DNA of 64,000 nucleotides from Anolis carolinensis (Eukaryota). The notes below the pieces were generated by a model that was not told where the DNA came from, did not search any database, and saw only the letters and a program-made list of their open reading frames with translations. Shown here piece after piece: positions 49,253 through 61,369 of the stretch. Where the stretch lies: positions 17,515,608-17,579,607 of the forward strand of contig NW_026943821.1 in the NCBI RefSeq assembly GCF_035594765.1, written 5' to 3'. The position numbers and the translations under genes were made by a program. Each line of letters starts with the position of its first letter. The first letter of the stretch is position 1.

Positions 49253-52200
49253 GAGTCTCACTTATCTAAGCTAAACGGGCCGGCAGAAGCTTGGATGAGC
49301 AATATCTTGGATATCGCGGCTGTGGAACTCCTTGCCAAGGGAGATTAGGGAAGCCCCCTCACTCATGTCTTTTAGGAAGCAGCTGAAGACCTGGATGTGG
49401 GACCAAGCTTTTGGCCCATCCTAAAATACGGTCGATATAATCTGATGTATTCGCTGGATTAATGTGTAATTGGATACAGACTGGCTCTGACTTTTGGCCC
49501 AATGCTACTGGCCCTGTTGTAATGGCCACACAGTGCTTTACTGTTTTAAATGGGGTATAATATTGGTTTTTAAGTGTGTTTTTACGATCGTTTGTTTTAC
49601 TATATTTTGTATTATATGGGGCATTAATCTTGCCATTATGTAAGACCGCTCTGGGTCCCCCTGGGGGAGAAGAGCGGTATATAAATTAAATAAATAAATA
49701 AAATAAATAAATAATAAGGAGGGATTAAGGAAAAGCCTATTAAACATCAAATTAGGTTATGATTTTACAAATTAAGCATCAAAACATCATGTTATACAAC
49801 AAATTTGAGAGAAAAAGTAGTTCAATACGCAGTAATGTTATGTTGTAATTACTGTACAGTAGAGTCTCACTTATCCAAGCTAAACGGGCCGGCAGAACGT
49901 TGGATAAGCGAATATGTTGGATAATAAGGAGGGATTAAGGAGAAGCCTATTACACATCAAATTAGGTTATGATTTTACAAATTAAGCACCAAAACATCAT
50001 GTTATACAACAAATTTTACATAAAAAGTAGTTCAATACACAGTAATGCTATGTAGTAATGACTGTATTTACGGATTTAGCACCAAAATATCACGATGTAT
50101 TGAAAACATTGACTAGAAAAATGCGTTGGATAATCCAGAACATTGGTTAAGTGAGTGTTGGATAAGTGAGACTCTACTGTATTTACAACTTCTGCAACAA
50201 AATGCTATGTATATTGAAAACATTGACTGCAAAAATGGCTTGGATTATCCTGAACCTTGGATAAGTGAGACTCTACTGTAATAATAATAATAATATTAAT
50301 AATAAAACTATATATACCCCGCTCCATCTCCCGAAGGACTTGGAGCGGCTTACACAGGGACAGGCCCAAAACATTATTACATCAATAAAAACAGTTACAC
50401 AATAAAATCACAGTACAATAACGCATCTTATAAAAATTAAAATAGCTTAAAACAGGGGTCCCCAGACTTTTAAAACAGGGGGGCAGTTCACGGTCCCTCA
50501 GACCGTTGGAGGGCCAGACTATAGTTTAAAGAAACTATGAACAAATTCCTATTCACACTGCACATATCTTATTTTGAAGTAAAAAAACAAAACAAATACA
50601 GCCTCAATGTTAATAATAATAATAATAATAATAACAATAATAATAATAATAATAATAATAATAAAGAGGATTGGAAGAGACCCTTGGGCCATTTCGTCCA
50701 ACCCCCTTCTGCCTTTGTGCACCAAAAGCACAAGCAAAGCATCCCTGACAGATGGCCACCCAGCCTCAGCATGAAAAATAATAATGGAACCTCCGGTGGC
50801 CTAGGGGAAAAAGCCTTGTGACTTGAAGGTTGGCTTGCTGACCTGAAGGCTGCCAGGTTCGAATCCCACCCAGGGAGAGCGCGGATGAGCTCCCTCTATC
50901 AGCTCCAGCTCCATGCGGGGACATGAGAGAAGCCTCCCACAAGGATGGTAAAACATCAAAACACCCGGGCGTCCCCTGGGCAATGTCCTTGCAGACGGCC
51001 AATTCTCTCACTCCAGAAGCAACTCCAGTTGCTCCTGACACGAAAATAATAATAATAATAATAACAACAACAACACATCACATCACATAGTCCTAAATGC
51101 TTGAGAAGTGTTTGACTTCTGATTTTGTGATATGAAATCCAGCACATATATATCATTTGCTGTGTCTTTGTGTCAATAATAATAATAATAATAAAGACGG
51201 TTGGAAGAGACCCCTTGGGCCATTTAGTCCAACCTCCTTCTGCCTTTGTGCAACAAAAGCACTAGCAAAACACCCCTTAATAATTAATTATTAATTAAAT
51301 AATAATTAAAATACCATTTAAAAAAGCAAAGTTTTGGAAGGCGCACACCAGGTAAGGGAGGAGGTGGGAAAGGCGTGCCTTTCCTTGCACTGCATGCGCC
51401 TTCCTTGGTGGAGGAGGAGGGAGCCGCCACCACAGGGGCTGGATAAATGGCTTCGATGGGCCGTATGTGGCCCCCGGGCCTTAGTTTGGGGACCCCTGAC
51501 TTAAAACATAGACAGTAATCCCAATCAGTGGTTAAGCACCATAGGACTTGGGCCATTTTAAGGGGAAATTGAAACTTGAAAGTGTTTCAATTTGGGAGCA
51601 ACTAAACGTAATTGAGTGCATGGAATGGCCAAGGCCTAGGTAAAGCGCATGGATAATTATCAGTTACAAGAAGGCACCTGTGAACATCGACTTTTGCAGA
51701 TTCTTCCGGAAGGAATCCAGGGTGGGAACTAATCTAATCTCCTTTGGGAGGGAGTTCCAGAGCCTGTGGGCCACCATCAAGAAGGCACTCGCTCTCATCC
51801 CCACCACCCGCACTTGAGACGGAGGTGGGATCGAGAGGAGGGCCTCCCCAGCAGATCTTAGAGCCTGTGTGGGTTCATAGGGGAAGATGTGTTCACAAAG
51901 ATAAGCAGGTCCTGAGCCGTTTAGGACTTTATAGGTGATCACCTGCACCTTGAATTGGAACTGGAAACTGATCAGCAGCCAGTTGAGCTCTTTTAATAGG
52001 GGGGTTGTCCGCTTCCTATAATCGGCTCAGTGTCTCGCTTATCCAACATAAACAGGCTGGCAGAACATTGGATAAGCGAAAACACTGGATAAAAAGGAGG
52101 GATTAAGGAAAAGCCCATTAAACGTCAAATTACGTTATGATTTTACAAATTAAGCACCAAAACATGTTTTACAACAAATCGACAGAAAAAGCAGTCCAGT

Positions 52201-55200
52201 ACACAGTAACGTTATGTAGTAATTACTGTATTTACGAATTTAGCACAAAAACAATCACAATGTATTGTAAACGTTGACTAGTAAAAATTGACTACAAATA
52301 ACCGAATTGCTATTGTACCATATATTTCTCTTTGTTAAAATCAACATTGTTCATTTTAACTGGACAGTAATTGATCAGGTTTGTGAGGCTTTTAGCAAAA
52401 ACATTCCTGCCAACGTCTGTAAGGTGCAAGCCATCCCTTGTAGAAGTCTAGCTTGATTAAACCTCCAACCAAGAAAGAAGCCAAATTGTTCCTGGTGGCA
52501 CCGTCTGCGAAACCAGATTCATTTCTATAACCCTTGCGTCCTTCAACTAGGAGGAGAGTTGCGTCCTTCAACTGGGAGGAGAGATAATATGATGACCTGG
52601 GTATTAAGGCTGTTTAGCTTCCTACCCATAGCTTTATAATCCCGTATGATCTCCTGAAGGCTACAATTTGCAGTGTCACTGGTTCCTTAGATTCTGTTCT
52701 CTGGGTTTGACAAACCTTGCCAGACCTTCTGCTACATCTGCCATTTGAACGTGTAATATCCAGTTCTTTTCCTTCCCTTTCACCCATAGGAGGTGGATTT
52801 AATTCTCCCGGAAGAGGTGGAGGACCTTTCCGAGGTGGCAGGGGAGGCAGCAGAGGAAGAGGCGGCCCACGTGGTGGTGGCCGAGGAGGTCGGGGTGGCT
52901 TCAGAGGAGGCAAAAAGGTGACAGTGGAGCCCCATAGGCATGAAGGTAAGAGAGGCTTAAGGTGTTTAAATGGGGAGATCGTTGGTCTTCCAGGCACTCT
53001 CAAACCTTATTGAATCTTCCAGGCTTTCCCAAGAGCCGTCACTTTCCCTAAATCCACCGCCATTCAAATCTTTTCAAAGTTTCCAAATTTGTTGTTTACC
53101 TCAGATGTCCGCACAAGGGAATAGAGGGTAGAGGGAATTCACAGGTCAAAATAGGTCTGCATCTGCAGTGTAAAAGAAACAAAGTTATCTAAGGAAAATG
53201 ATGTTCTTGTCTCCAAAGCTGATAAGAGAGCAACTATATCTGCTTAGAGCACACCAGCGTGTGCAATCCCTGGGTTTGTCAAATACAATACAAATAAAGG
53301 TGTAAGGCAAATGTGAAAGCACTCTATCTCATCTTGAGTGCAGCTGAAACCTATGGTGAGGACAAAGTTTTAAGGATGTTAGTAATTGCCATTAGATTGT
53401 TATCACTGCAACTTCTTGTATATAGAAATGTAGGGTCGCCATATGTTGCTAAATTGCAGCTTTATCTAATGACTGCCAGCTAGGGTTGATGAGAATCATC
53501 GTACAACAATTCCTGAAGGTGCTAGACAGAGAAGGATAATCCATTTTACTGGGGGGGGGGGGGGGGAATGGGTTGAATGAGTAAAACTATTTCCCCGTTT
53601 TCCTATTATTCCCCTCACCCATGTTGCCATGTGGAAACAGCTCTAGTGAAGGAGAGGGGAAACAACCAACGATGGTTGGCCTCACCCAGATAATGGAACA
53701 GTACTAATAATTATTTTCTGATTTGCTAATGTCAGTGGTTTATTCTGTTTTATTGTGGCTGCCACTCAAATTGGGAAAGCCAGCTAGGTCGTTTTAGCTC
53801 CATTTGCAGCAAAAAAAAAAAAACCAACAACATTTAAATTGTAAATTTAAAAGAGATGTACTTTGTATATCAAATTTCTGCCAAACACGTTATATATAGT
53901 GAATTCTTTGTTCTAAAGAAAATGGCAGAAAGACTATTAAGTATTCATTCCCCCCACACTTGGCATTGAAAGTTGAAGAAGACACAGGTTTAAAAATTAA
54001 GTTTTCTAAAAATAATAATACTTGAGATGAATTTTGGCTTGGGATTAGGACAATGGTTATCTTGTTTTTCTAAGGAGTCTTCATCTGCAGAGGAAAGGAA
54101 GATGCACTAGTGACAAAGAACCTGGTACCTGGGGAGTCTGTGTATGGAGAGAAAAGGATTTCTGTTGAGGTAGGTAGTGAATGGTGCTTGGGAGAAGCTT
54201 CAGATAGCAGAGTGGGAAAACAGCATAGTTTGTAAGTGCAAAAGGAAGAATTTGATCAAGCACATTCCAAGCATGAATATTTCTTTTATGCTGTAAACAT
54301 CTTTTAATTCAGTATGTTTTGTTCCCTATTTCTTCAAGGATGGTGAAATAAAGGTGGAATACCGTGCCTGGAACCCCTTCCGTTCAAAGCTGGCTGCTGC
54401 AATCCTTGGGGGCATTGATCAGATTCACATCAAACCAGGCGCTAAAGTCTTATACTTGGGAGCAGCATCAGGGACTACAGTATCTCATGTCTCTGACATA
54501 GTTGGGCCGGTAAGCAGCTGTTGGAACACTTGAAACTAGGATGAGAGTTTGTCAGAAATGTGTGCCCTTTCACATGTTTTCAGACGGCAACATCCATTAG
54601 GCTTAGCGCAGCTCATATTGAGGGTTCATGTGAACTGCAGTTCAACATTGAAGGGCCACATGTTCATCAGAAAAATGAGTTTGGGTGGTTTTGGGGTTGC
54701 CAAGACACTTTTGACAGCCTGGAAGGTAAAGCTGGGGTTTGTTTCTGATGTTGAGAGGCATTCCAGTGCTACCCATCACCAGTAAAAACTTGGCTTGGCT
54801 ATTCTTTGCATTTAGGCTGAGTGCAACCGATTTAATCCCCAATTCCAAGCTGGGACAGAAGGCTGAACTCTTCTTTTCTCTACAGCTAGAGTTTGGAAAT
54901 GTGTTATTATGAGATCTGTCTCTCAGAATCTCCTAGCCAGCCTAGGAAGTAATCTAAAGAGGCAATACTTCCATGCCAGGGCAGTGAACTGAATTGCTGC
55001 ATTACTATCAGTTGAAATAATAGGGTTTTTTTCACTGTCTGTTCAGAAGTGTGTTTGCAGATACAGCTGCAGCACTGGGTCTCGTGAATGCTTTTTCCAA
55101 GTACTACTAGCCTTTTCATTGTGCAAGTGGGCAAGATGTGCTCTAAGTTTACTTCCTGTATCTCATCAAACAGGAAGGTCTTGTATATGCCGTTGAGTTT

Positions 55201-58021
55201 TCCCATCGCTCAGGCCGCGACCTCATTAATGTGGCAAAGAAGCGGACAAACATTATCCCTGTAATCGAGGATGCCCGGCACCCACACAAATACCGCATGT
55301 TGATAGGTAAGATGCATGTAAAGCCTTTCCTCCTGTACAGATAACAACACCTGTGTGCCGATTCAACTGGACATTTCTCACCTGATTGTCCCTCTGTCTC
55401 CTGCCCTACATACACAGAAGGATCAGAAGGTTACACACAAAAATCCTTATAATGAATCATACTGACTGGCTCAGCATAATCTACCCCAAGGGATGGTGAA
55501 AGTGCAGCCAGTATGCCATGTGTGTCCTCTCATCTCCCTGGTGATACTGAACACACACCCACTAGCCCACTTTTTAGGTAGGGATTTTTTTTTGTCTGCA
55601 GACAGCCTCAAAGGTATTAAACCTGCCCAAAAAAGTTGTGGTTTCGACACCCCCCCCCCCAAAAAAAACACATTAGAAAATAATAAATTCAATCAAAAAT
55701 GCAGTATCAAAAATTTGTTGCACTTACCTGTGTCTGGAACACCCTGCCCCTCGTCCTTCAGTCGTATCAATTGGTAGTGGCCTGAAGATTTGTCTTGGGT
55801 TTCCAGAGATGGAACCCAGTACCATCTGCAAGTAAGCCAAGAATCCTGCCATTGTACTGAATCTGTTGCCCTAATTGCATTGCTCAAAGTATTTTGGACA
55901 ACAGCTTCTGTCATCCCCAGTCAGTATGGGATGGTGGATGTTGTGTCCAAAACCTACTTGTTTAGCAGGAAGGAAAAGCAGGATGTAAATGTGATGTATA
56001 TTGAATAGGTTAGTGGGACACTTGCTCCTTCCCAGCAATTGCCCGTATGAGGGCAATGGCAAATATTGAAGGTGTAGAGCTAGTTTAGAGGGCATAGTGT
56101 TCCTCAGATAATGAACCGCAAGCCCTATAATCCCCAACCATTAGCCATCCTAGTTGAGGCTAATGAGAACTGCAGTGCTTCAAAGATTTATTAATAGTTT
56201 TCACATCCCTTTGTCTAACGTATCTCTTTTCTTTCCAGGCATGGTGGATGTGATCTTTGCAGATGTGGCTCAGCCTGACCAGTCACGTATTGTTGCTTTA
56301 AATGCACATAATTTCTTAAAAAATGGCGGCCATTTTGTCATTTCCATCAAGGTAACTCTTAGTATGACTTTTGTACGATTTATTTTCCTTGAATGTGGCT
56401 TGAAAAATGACTATTCACATGCTGTCTGAGTACGTGAAATTGATATAGGTTGCATTATAAGAGTAATGTCTTGTTGCCCACCACCCTGTTCCCCTGCCAG
56501 ACTTCAGGAGTTGGGATATTTAACTGGCTGACGCACATCTCTTTTGTTCAGGCAAACTGTGTTGACTCAACAGCAGCCCCCGAAGCAGTTTTTGCATCAG
56601 AGGTAAAGAAAATGCAGCAGGAAAATATGAAACCCCAAGAACAGTTAACTTTAGAGCCCTATGAGCGAGACCATGCTGTGGTGGTTGGCATTTACAGGTA
56701 TAGTGAAATCTTCTTTTAATTTATTTTTTATTAAAAATAAATTAAAAACCATTGTATCAGAGCTTGTATATTCTAATTGTTGAAACCCAACAATGAAATT
56801 ATTCTCTCTAGGATGGTAGCATGTGAACTTTGAAAGACAGTACTATCCAGCCCTAGCCAGTTTAAATCCTGCCCTAGAATCATAGATTCTGTGCTACCTT
56901 TTTTCTTTTTTAGCAGTAAGAATGGTAGTAAGTAGGGAACACCAAAATGGAAAATAATAGGTAAAGGTAAAGGTTTTCCCCTGACGTTAAGTCCAGTCGT
57001 GACCGACTCTGGGGGTTGGTGCTCATCTCCATTTCTAAGCCGAAGAGCTGGCGTTGTCCGTAGTCACCTCCAAGGTCATGTGGTCAGCATGACTGCATGG
57101 AGCGTCGTTACCTTCCTGCCAGAGTGGTACCTATTGATCTACTCACATTTGCATGTTTTCAAACTGCTAGGTTGGCAGGAGCTGGGGCTAACAGTGGGCG
57201 CTCATTCCTCTCCCGGGATTTGAACCTGGCACCTTTTGGTCCACAAGTTCAGCAGCTCAGTAGCTCAGTGCATTAACGCACTGTGCCACCAGGAGCCCCT
57301 TGGAATATAATAGTAGTGATCAAAAATGAGGAAGAGGTGACCTTCTGAATTGACTCTGCCAGTCACCCTAGATAGACTATTAGTAGTGTTTTCTGGGTGG
57401 TGTAGAAGCTAAAGACCTTCAATTACTCAAAGGCCAAAGGTTTTACATCCATACAGTAGGCAAGCATAACTGATTTGTTGAACCAGTTTATATAACTGTG
57501 TGGAGCTTTAAGGTCTCCTTTTATAATTGGACAGGATTATTCCATGAGTATTCTCTTGATCTCTTAAGATGTCTTGAAAGGATGGTGTGAATATAGTGTT
57601 CTCTTAACTTACCCACCTTCAACATGAAGCGTATGTGGGTAGGGTTCTGGAGAAGGTATACTAGCAAATAACTTAGTTGTTGTTCAAAAAATGTGCTATA
57701 AGAATTGTTTCATCTGATATTCTGACAATGTTAGAACACTAAGAAAAGTAGGGTTGTATGTTTTCCAGGCTGTATGGCCATGTTCCAGAAGTATTCTCTC
57801 CTGACGTTTCGCCCACCTCTATGGCAGGCAGCCTCAGAGGCTGTGAGGTATGGAGAAAACTAAGCAAGGAAGTTTTCTAGATATATTTTTACTGTAATTG
57901 ATGTTTTTATTGGATAACTGTTTTATTGCTGTGTTTTGATATTTGATTGTTTTATCGGGCAAGGCCCCATGTAAGCCGCCCCGAGTCCCTTCGGGGAGAT
58001 GGGGCGGGGTATAAAAATAAA

Positions 58022-58064
<43 letters not shown>

Positions 58065-58797
58065 AACCTTCTTGCTTAGTTTTCTCTATACCTCACAACC
58101 TCTGAGGATGCCTGCCATAGATGTGGGCGAAACGTCAGGAGAGAATACTTCTGGAACATGGCCATACAGCCCGGAAAACATATAACAACCCTGTGATCCC
58201 GGCCATGAAAGCCTTCGACAACATTCCTGAACATCAGGAAGAATTTCCTCACTGTGAGGGCTGTTCGGCAGTGGAACTCTCCCCCGGATTGTGGTGGAGG
58301 CTCCTTCTTTGGAGGCTTTTAAGCAGAGGCTGTATGGCCATCTGTCGGGGGTGCTTTGAATGCGATTTCCTGCTTCTTGGCAGGGGGTTGGACTGGATGG
58401 CCCATGAGGTCTCTTCCAACTCTACTATTCTATGATTCTAAGTGCCATCAAAATTTCAGGAGTGTGTCTAGTTAGTATTGGATGAAGATTGCCAGTCTGG
58501 AGGCAATTCCAAGGTAGAGCTAGGAAGCTATTATTCTTGAATTCCTTGAGAGCTGGCACCATTCACATTTGACAATACTGGGCTAGATGGAGAATCTGAT
58601 TTGGAATAAGGCTGTGTTCCTCTAAGATTGGAGGGACCCTGTGCTGTGTTAACTTTCTCAACTGTGTTATTACCAGTAGCTGTCTTGTACATCAAATACT
58701 TAAGAACTGTATAAGCCAGCAGCCTTGTTTAGTACCTTAATTGGTTAACAGATTTTTCCCTTTGTCTTACAGGCCAGCACCTAAACAGAAGAAATAA
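48932..58797 (+). CDS. FBL: rRNA 2'-O-methyltransferase fibrillarin, 9 coding exons, 311 aa
   Basis: Exons 48932-48941, 49061-49147, 52790-52945, 54075-54169, 54339-54509, 55174-55306, 56239-56351, 56552-56697, 58773-58797. RGG/GAR N-terminus, [63 protein letters not shown]. Confidence 0.98.
49061..49147 (+). CDS. FBL: FBL exon 2 (GAR domain)
   Basis: [28 protein letters not shown]|gtgggt. Confidence 0.9.
49250..50278 (+). mobile_element. Mariner MITE with nested L2 tail (about 49313-49712) and nested MITE (49857-50179)
   Basis: TIRs, TA duplication, consensus resumes after each insert. Confidence 0.85.
50453..51498 (-). mobile_element. hAT element (family of the 10254 copy) with nested SINE and R4 tail
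   Basis: TIR CAGGGGTCCCCA; TSD (G/A)CTTAAAA. Confidence 0.85.
51500..52030 (-). mobile_element. L2 LINE ORF2 3' fragment
   Basis: [36 protein letters not shown]. Confidence 0.8.
52370..52540 (-). mobile_element. CR1-type ORF1 (SGNH esterase) fragment
   Basis: Decayed [13 protein letters not shown] and RDGLHL motifs. Confidence 0.55.
52790..52945 (+). CDS. FBL: FBL exon 3
   Basis: [23 protein letters not shown]. Confidence 0.95.
54075..54169 (+). CDS. FBL: FBL exon 4
   Basis: [31 protein letters not shown]. Confidence 0.96.
54339..54509 (+). CDS. FBL: FBL exon 5
   Basis: [40 protein letters not shown]. Confidence 0.96.
55174..55306 (+). CDS. FBL: FBL exon 6
   Basis: [44 protein letters not shown]. 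Confidence 0.96.
56239..56351 (+). CDS. FBL: FBL exon 7
   Basis: [37 protein letters not shown]. Confidence 0.96.
56552..56697 (+). CDS. FBL: FBL exon 8
   Basis: [33 protein letters not shown]. Confidence 0.96.
57752..58224. mobile_element. Penelope-like inverted pLTR pair with an L2 tail in the loop
   Basis: 57752-57870 is the reverse complement of about 58068-58191. Confidence 0.8.
58099..58139 (+). ncRNA. Minimal type I hammerhead ribozyme in a Penelope-like element (intact core)
   Basis: cct-CTGAGGA-t-gcctgc(catagat)gtgggc-GAAAC-GTC-agg: CUGANGA and GAAA core, stem II, palindromic ACGT helix III, GUC cleavage triplet, cct/agg stem I. Confidence 0.75.
58773..58797 (+). CDS. FBL: FBL exon 9 (stop)
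   Basis: ttacag|G CCA GCA CCT AAA CAG AAG AAA TAA (RPAPKQKK*); ATTAAA at 58966. Confidence 0.92.
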
Positions 58798-60417
58798 TGT
58801 GTAGAAGCTTTGATCTCTTTCATGACAATACTTCAGCTCTGAATGTCCCCTCATGTTACTTTATGAAACAGGTCTTTTTCTACAGCAGAAACGCCACCTT
58901 CCAAAGAGCAATGTGCTCATGTTGCTTTTTATTTGTATTTGAGATTCCCATGTATGTATATTTTTATTAAAATAACTAATATAGAGACATACTGGCTGGA
59001 ATTGTCGACCTACAGAAGTGGAAGCACTTTGGTACAATTTCAAAGGATGTTGCACCAGTGTTTGCGTTTTCCTATAAACTGATATATCACCTATAAAAAT
59101 ATCAAGAGTCAATTTAAAGAGAATTGAAAGCATCAATAGATCTGCACTGTCTTGCCCTGTTTCCACAATTGTCCAAATAAGTGCTCTGAGGACAACATTA
59201 AACTAACCAATTAGCTCCATAGTAGCCCTATAAAATTTGCCAACAACTTGGATTATGAGCCAGTTTTGTGTGTTTTTTAAAATATGGGTGTATTGTAGGA
59301 TTTGGTTCTCTTCCGATCTTCCATCCTTTGATAATACAGTAGAGTCTCACTTATCCAACATAAACGGGCCGGCAGAATGTTGGATAAGCGAATATGTTGG
59401 ATAATAAGGAGGGATCAAGGAAAAGCCTATTAAACATCAAATTAGGTTATGATTTTACAAATTAAGCACCAAGACATCATGTTATACAACAAATTTGACA
59501 GAAAACGTAGTTTAATATGCAGTAATGCTATGTAATAATGACTGTATTTACGAATTTAGCACCAAAATATCATGATGTATTGAAAATATTGACTACAAAA
59601 ATGCGTTGGATAATCCAGAACATTGCATAAGCGAGTGTTGGATAAGTGAGACTCTACTGTACCTTGATATGCACAACCCAGACCAGCAGTTTACTATTTT
59701 TAAAAAATTCAAATCTTGTAGGCTTTTTTAGGTATAGGAGAAGAGTGAAATTGAGAGTATGAGAAATAGAGGATGACCTCCAGTATACAGAACAAAGAAA
59801 TCTGCATCGTTTTAACAAAATAAACCCCTTCCTTTATAAACACCATAACTCTCCACCTCATACATTGCATTTCTAAGAGACCAACAAAAGTCAAATGGTT
59901 ATTAAAGTCTTTAAAAAGGAGGATTTCATTGTGTGCCTAGAAATAGGGAGGGAAACATTACATAATTGTGTCATCACCAAAAAGGCCTTATCTCCCATGT
60001 CTGTTAATTGGTTCTTTGTGGCAGCGTCTTGAATATTGTTGTGCTTTGAATGTGATTTTCCTGCTTCTTGGCAGGAGGTTGGACTGGACTCTTTAAGATT
60101 CTATGATTCCCCAGGCAGTAATCAGACAGGCCTTGAGGATACAAGGCTTTTCATTGCTAATCAATGTGATTAATTGCCTCCAACAGTCAAAGAGTTCTAC
60201 CCACCATATTCCTGGTTCTGATTATTGAGATTTGTTTTTATTCATTTTAATGATGCTTTTATATTCTACTGTTTTGATTGTTTAATTAGATTGTTCTTGT
60301 TTATTATGTTTTTAAATGTGTTTTTAGTTGGTTAACTCTGTTGTTACTGGGCATGGTCCCGCTTGTAAGCCGCCCCAAGTCCTTTCGGCGAGATGGTGGC
60401 AGGATATAAAAATAGCG

Positions 60418-60652
60418 TATGACACAGCAAACGAGATATATATGCTGGCTTTCGTATCACAGAATCACAAATTGAACACTTCCCAAGCGTTTAGGACTGT
60501 GTGATGTATTTTCAGATGATGCACAGATCCCAGTAAGGTGGCCTTTTGCAGTTGACAGATTGTAATTTTGTCAATGTTTATTGTTTTCAAATGCCAGCTG
60601 AGATCTTTTGGCACGGCACCCAGTGTGCTGATTACCACCGGAACCACCTGTA
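60418..60652 (-). mobile_element. R4/Dong 3' end
   Basis: [26 protein letters not shown]. Confidence 0.8.
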
Positions 60653-61004
60653 CTGATTTATGACAAAGCCATTGCAGTTTGATTTATTATTACAGTAGAG
60701 TCTCACTTATCCAACACTGGCTTATCCAACGTTCTGGATTATCCAGCACATTTTTGTAGTCAATGTTTTCAATACATTGTGATATTTTGGTGCTAAATTT
60801 GTAAATACAGTAATTACTACATAGTATTACTGCGTATTTGTTGTATAACATGTTTTGGTGCCTAATTTGTAAAATCATAACCTAATTTGATGTTTAATAG
60901 GCTTTTCCTTAATGCCTCCTTATTATCCAACATTTTCACTTATCCAACATTCTGCCGACTCATTTATGTTGGATAAGTGAAACTCTACTGTATTATTAAT
61001 TCTC

Positions 61005-61190
61005 ACACCCTGGACCTTCCACAGATATATCAACCTCCCTTGCCTAGTTTCCAATATACCACACAATCTCAGGGGATGCCTTCCATAGATGTGGGTGAAA
61101 CGTCAGGGTAAAATGCTTCTGGAACATGGCCATACAGTCCGGATCACTCACAGCAGCCCAGTGATTCCGGCCATGAAAGCCTTCAACAGC
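61005..61190 (+). mobile_element. Penelope-like pLTR with degenerate hammerhead
   Basis: Homologous to the other pLTR copies; core reads CAGGGGA. Confidence 0.7.
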
Positions 61191-61369
61191 AGACTTCACA
61201 TTATCTTCCATTGGAGGCAGCTATTTGGTGTCAAACTGCATTAAGTCTGAAGTGTAGATAATTGTGTGCAAAAAGGAGCGGGGGCTTTTTCAACGCATTG
61301 GGGAAAGAAAGGGATAGACGCGGAGGCTTTGGTCCTTCCTTCTCACAGGGGTTTCCTTCCACCTCCAGC

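Noticed and set aside
48432-49348. Overlapping ORFs of 100-183 aa around the FBL promoter
   Set aside because: Alternative frames or antisense of FBL exons 1-2 and the CpG island.
52589-52657. Possible box C/D snoRNA (ATGATGA..CTGA) in FBL intron 2
   Set aside because: No terminal stem and no rRNA complement I could recognise; it abuts CR1 debris. A snoscan/Infernal run would be needed.
53609-53703. Hairpin-ANANNA-hairpin-ACA pattern in FBL intron 3 (H/ACA-like)
   Set aside because: Too short overall, pocket-to-box spacing is off and the second hairpin is weak.
55458-55560. Two adjacent hairpins in FBL intron 6
   Set aside because: No H box between them and ACA spacing is wrong for an H/ACA RNA.
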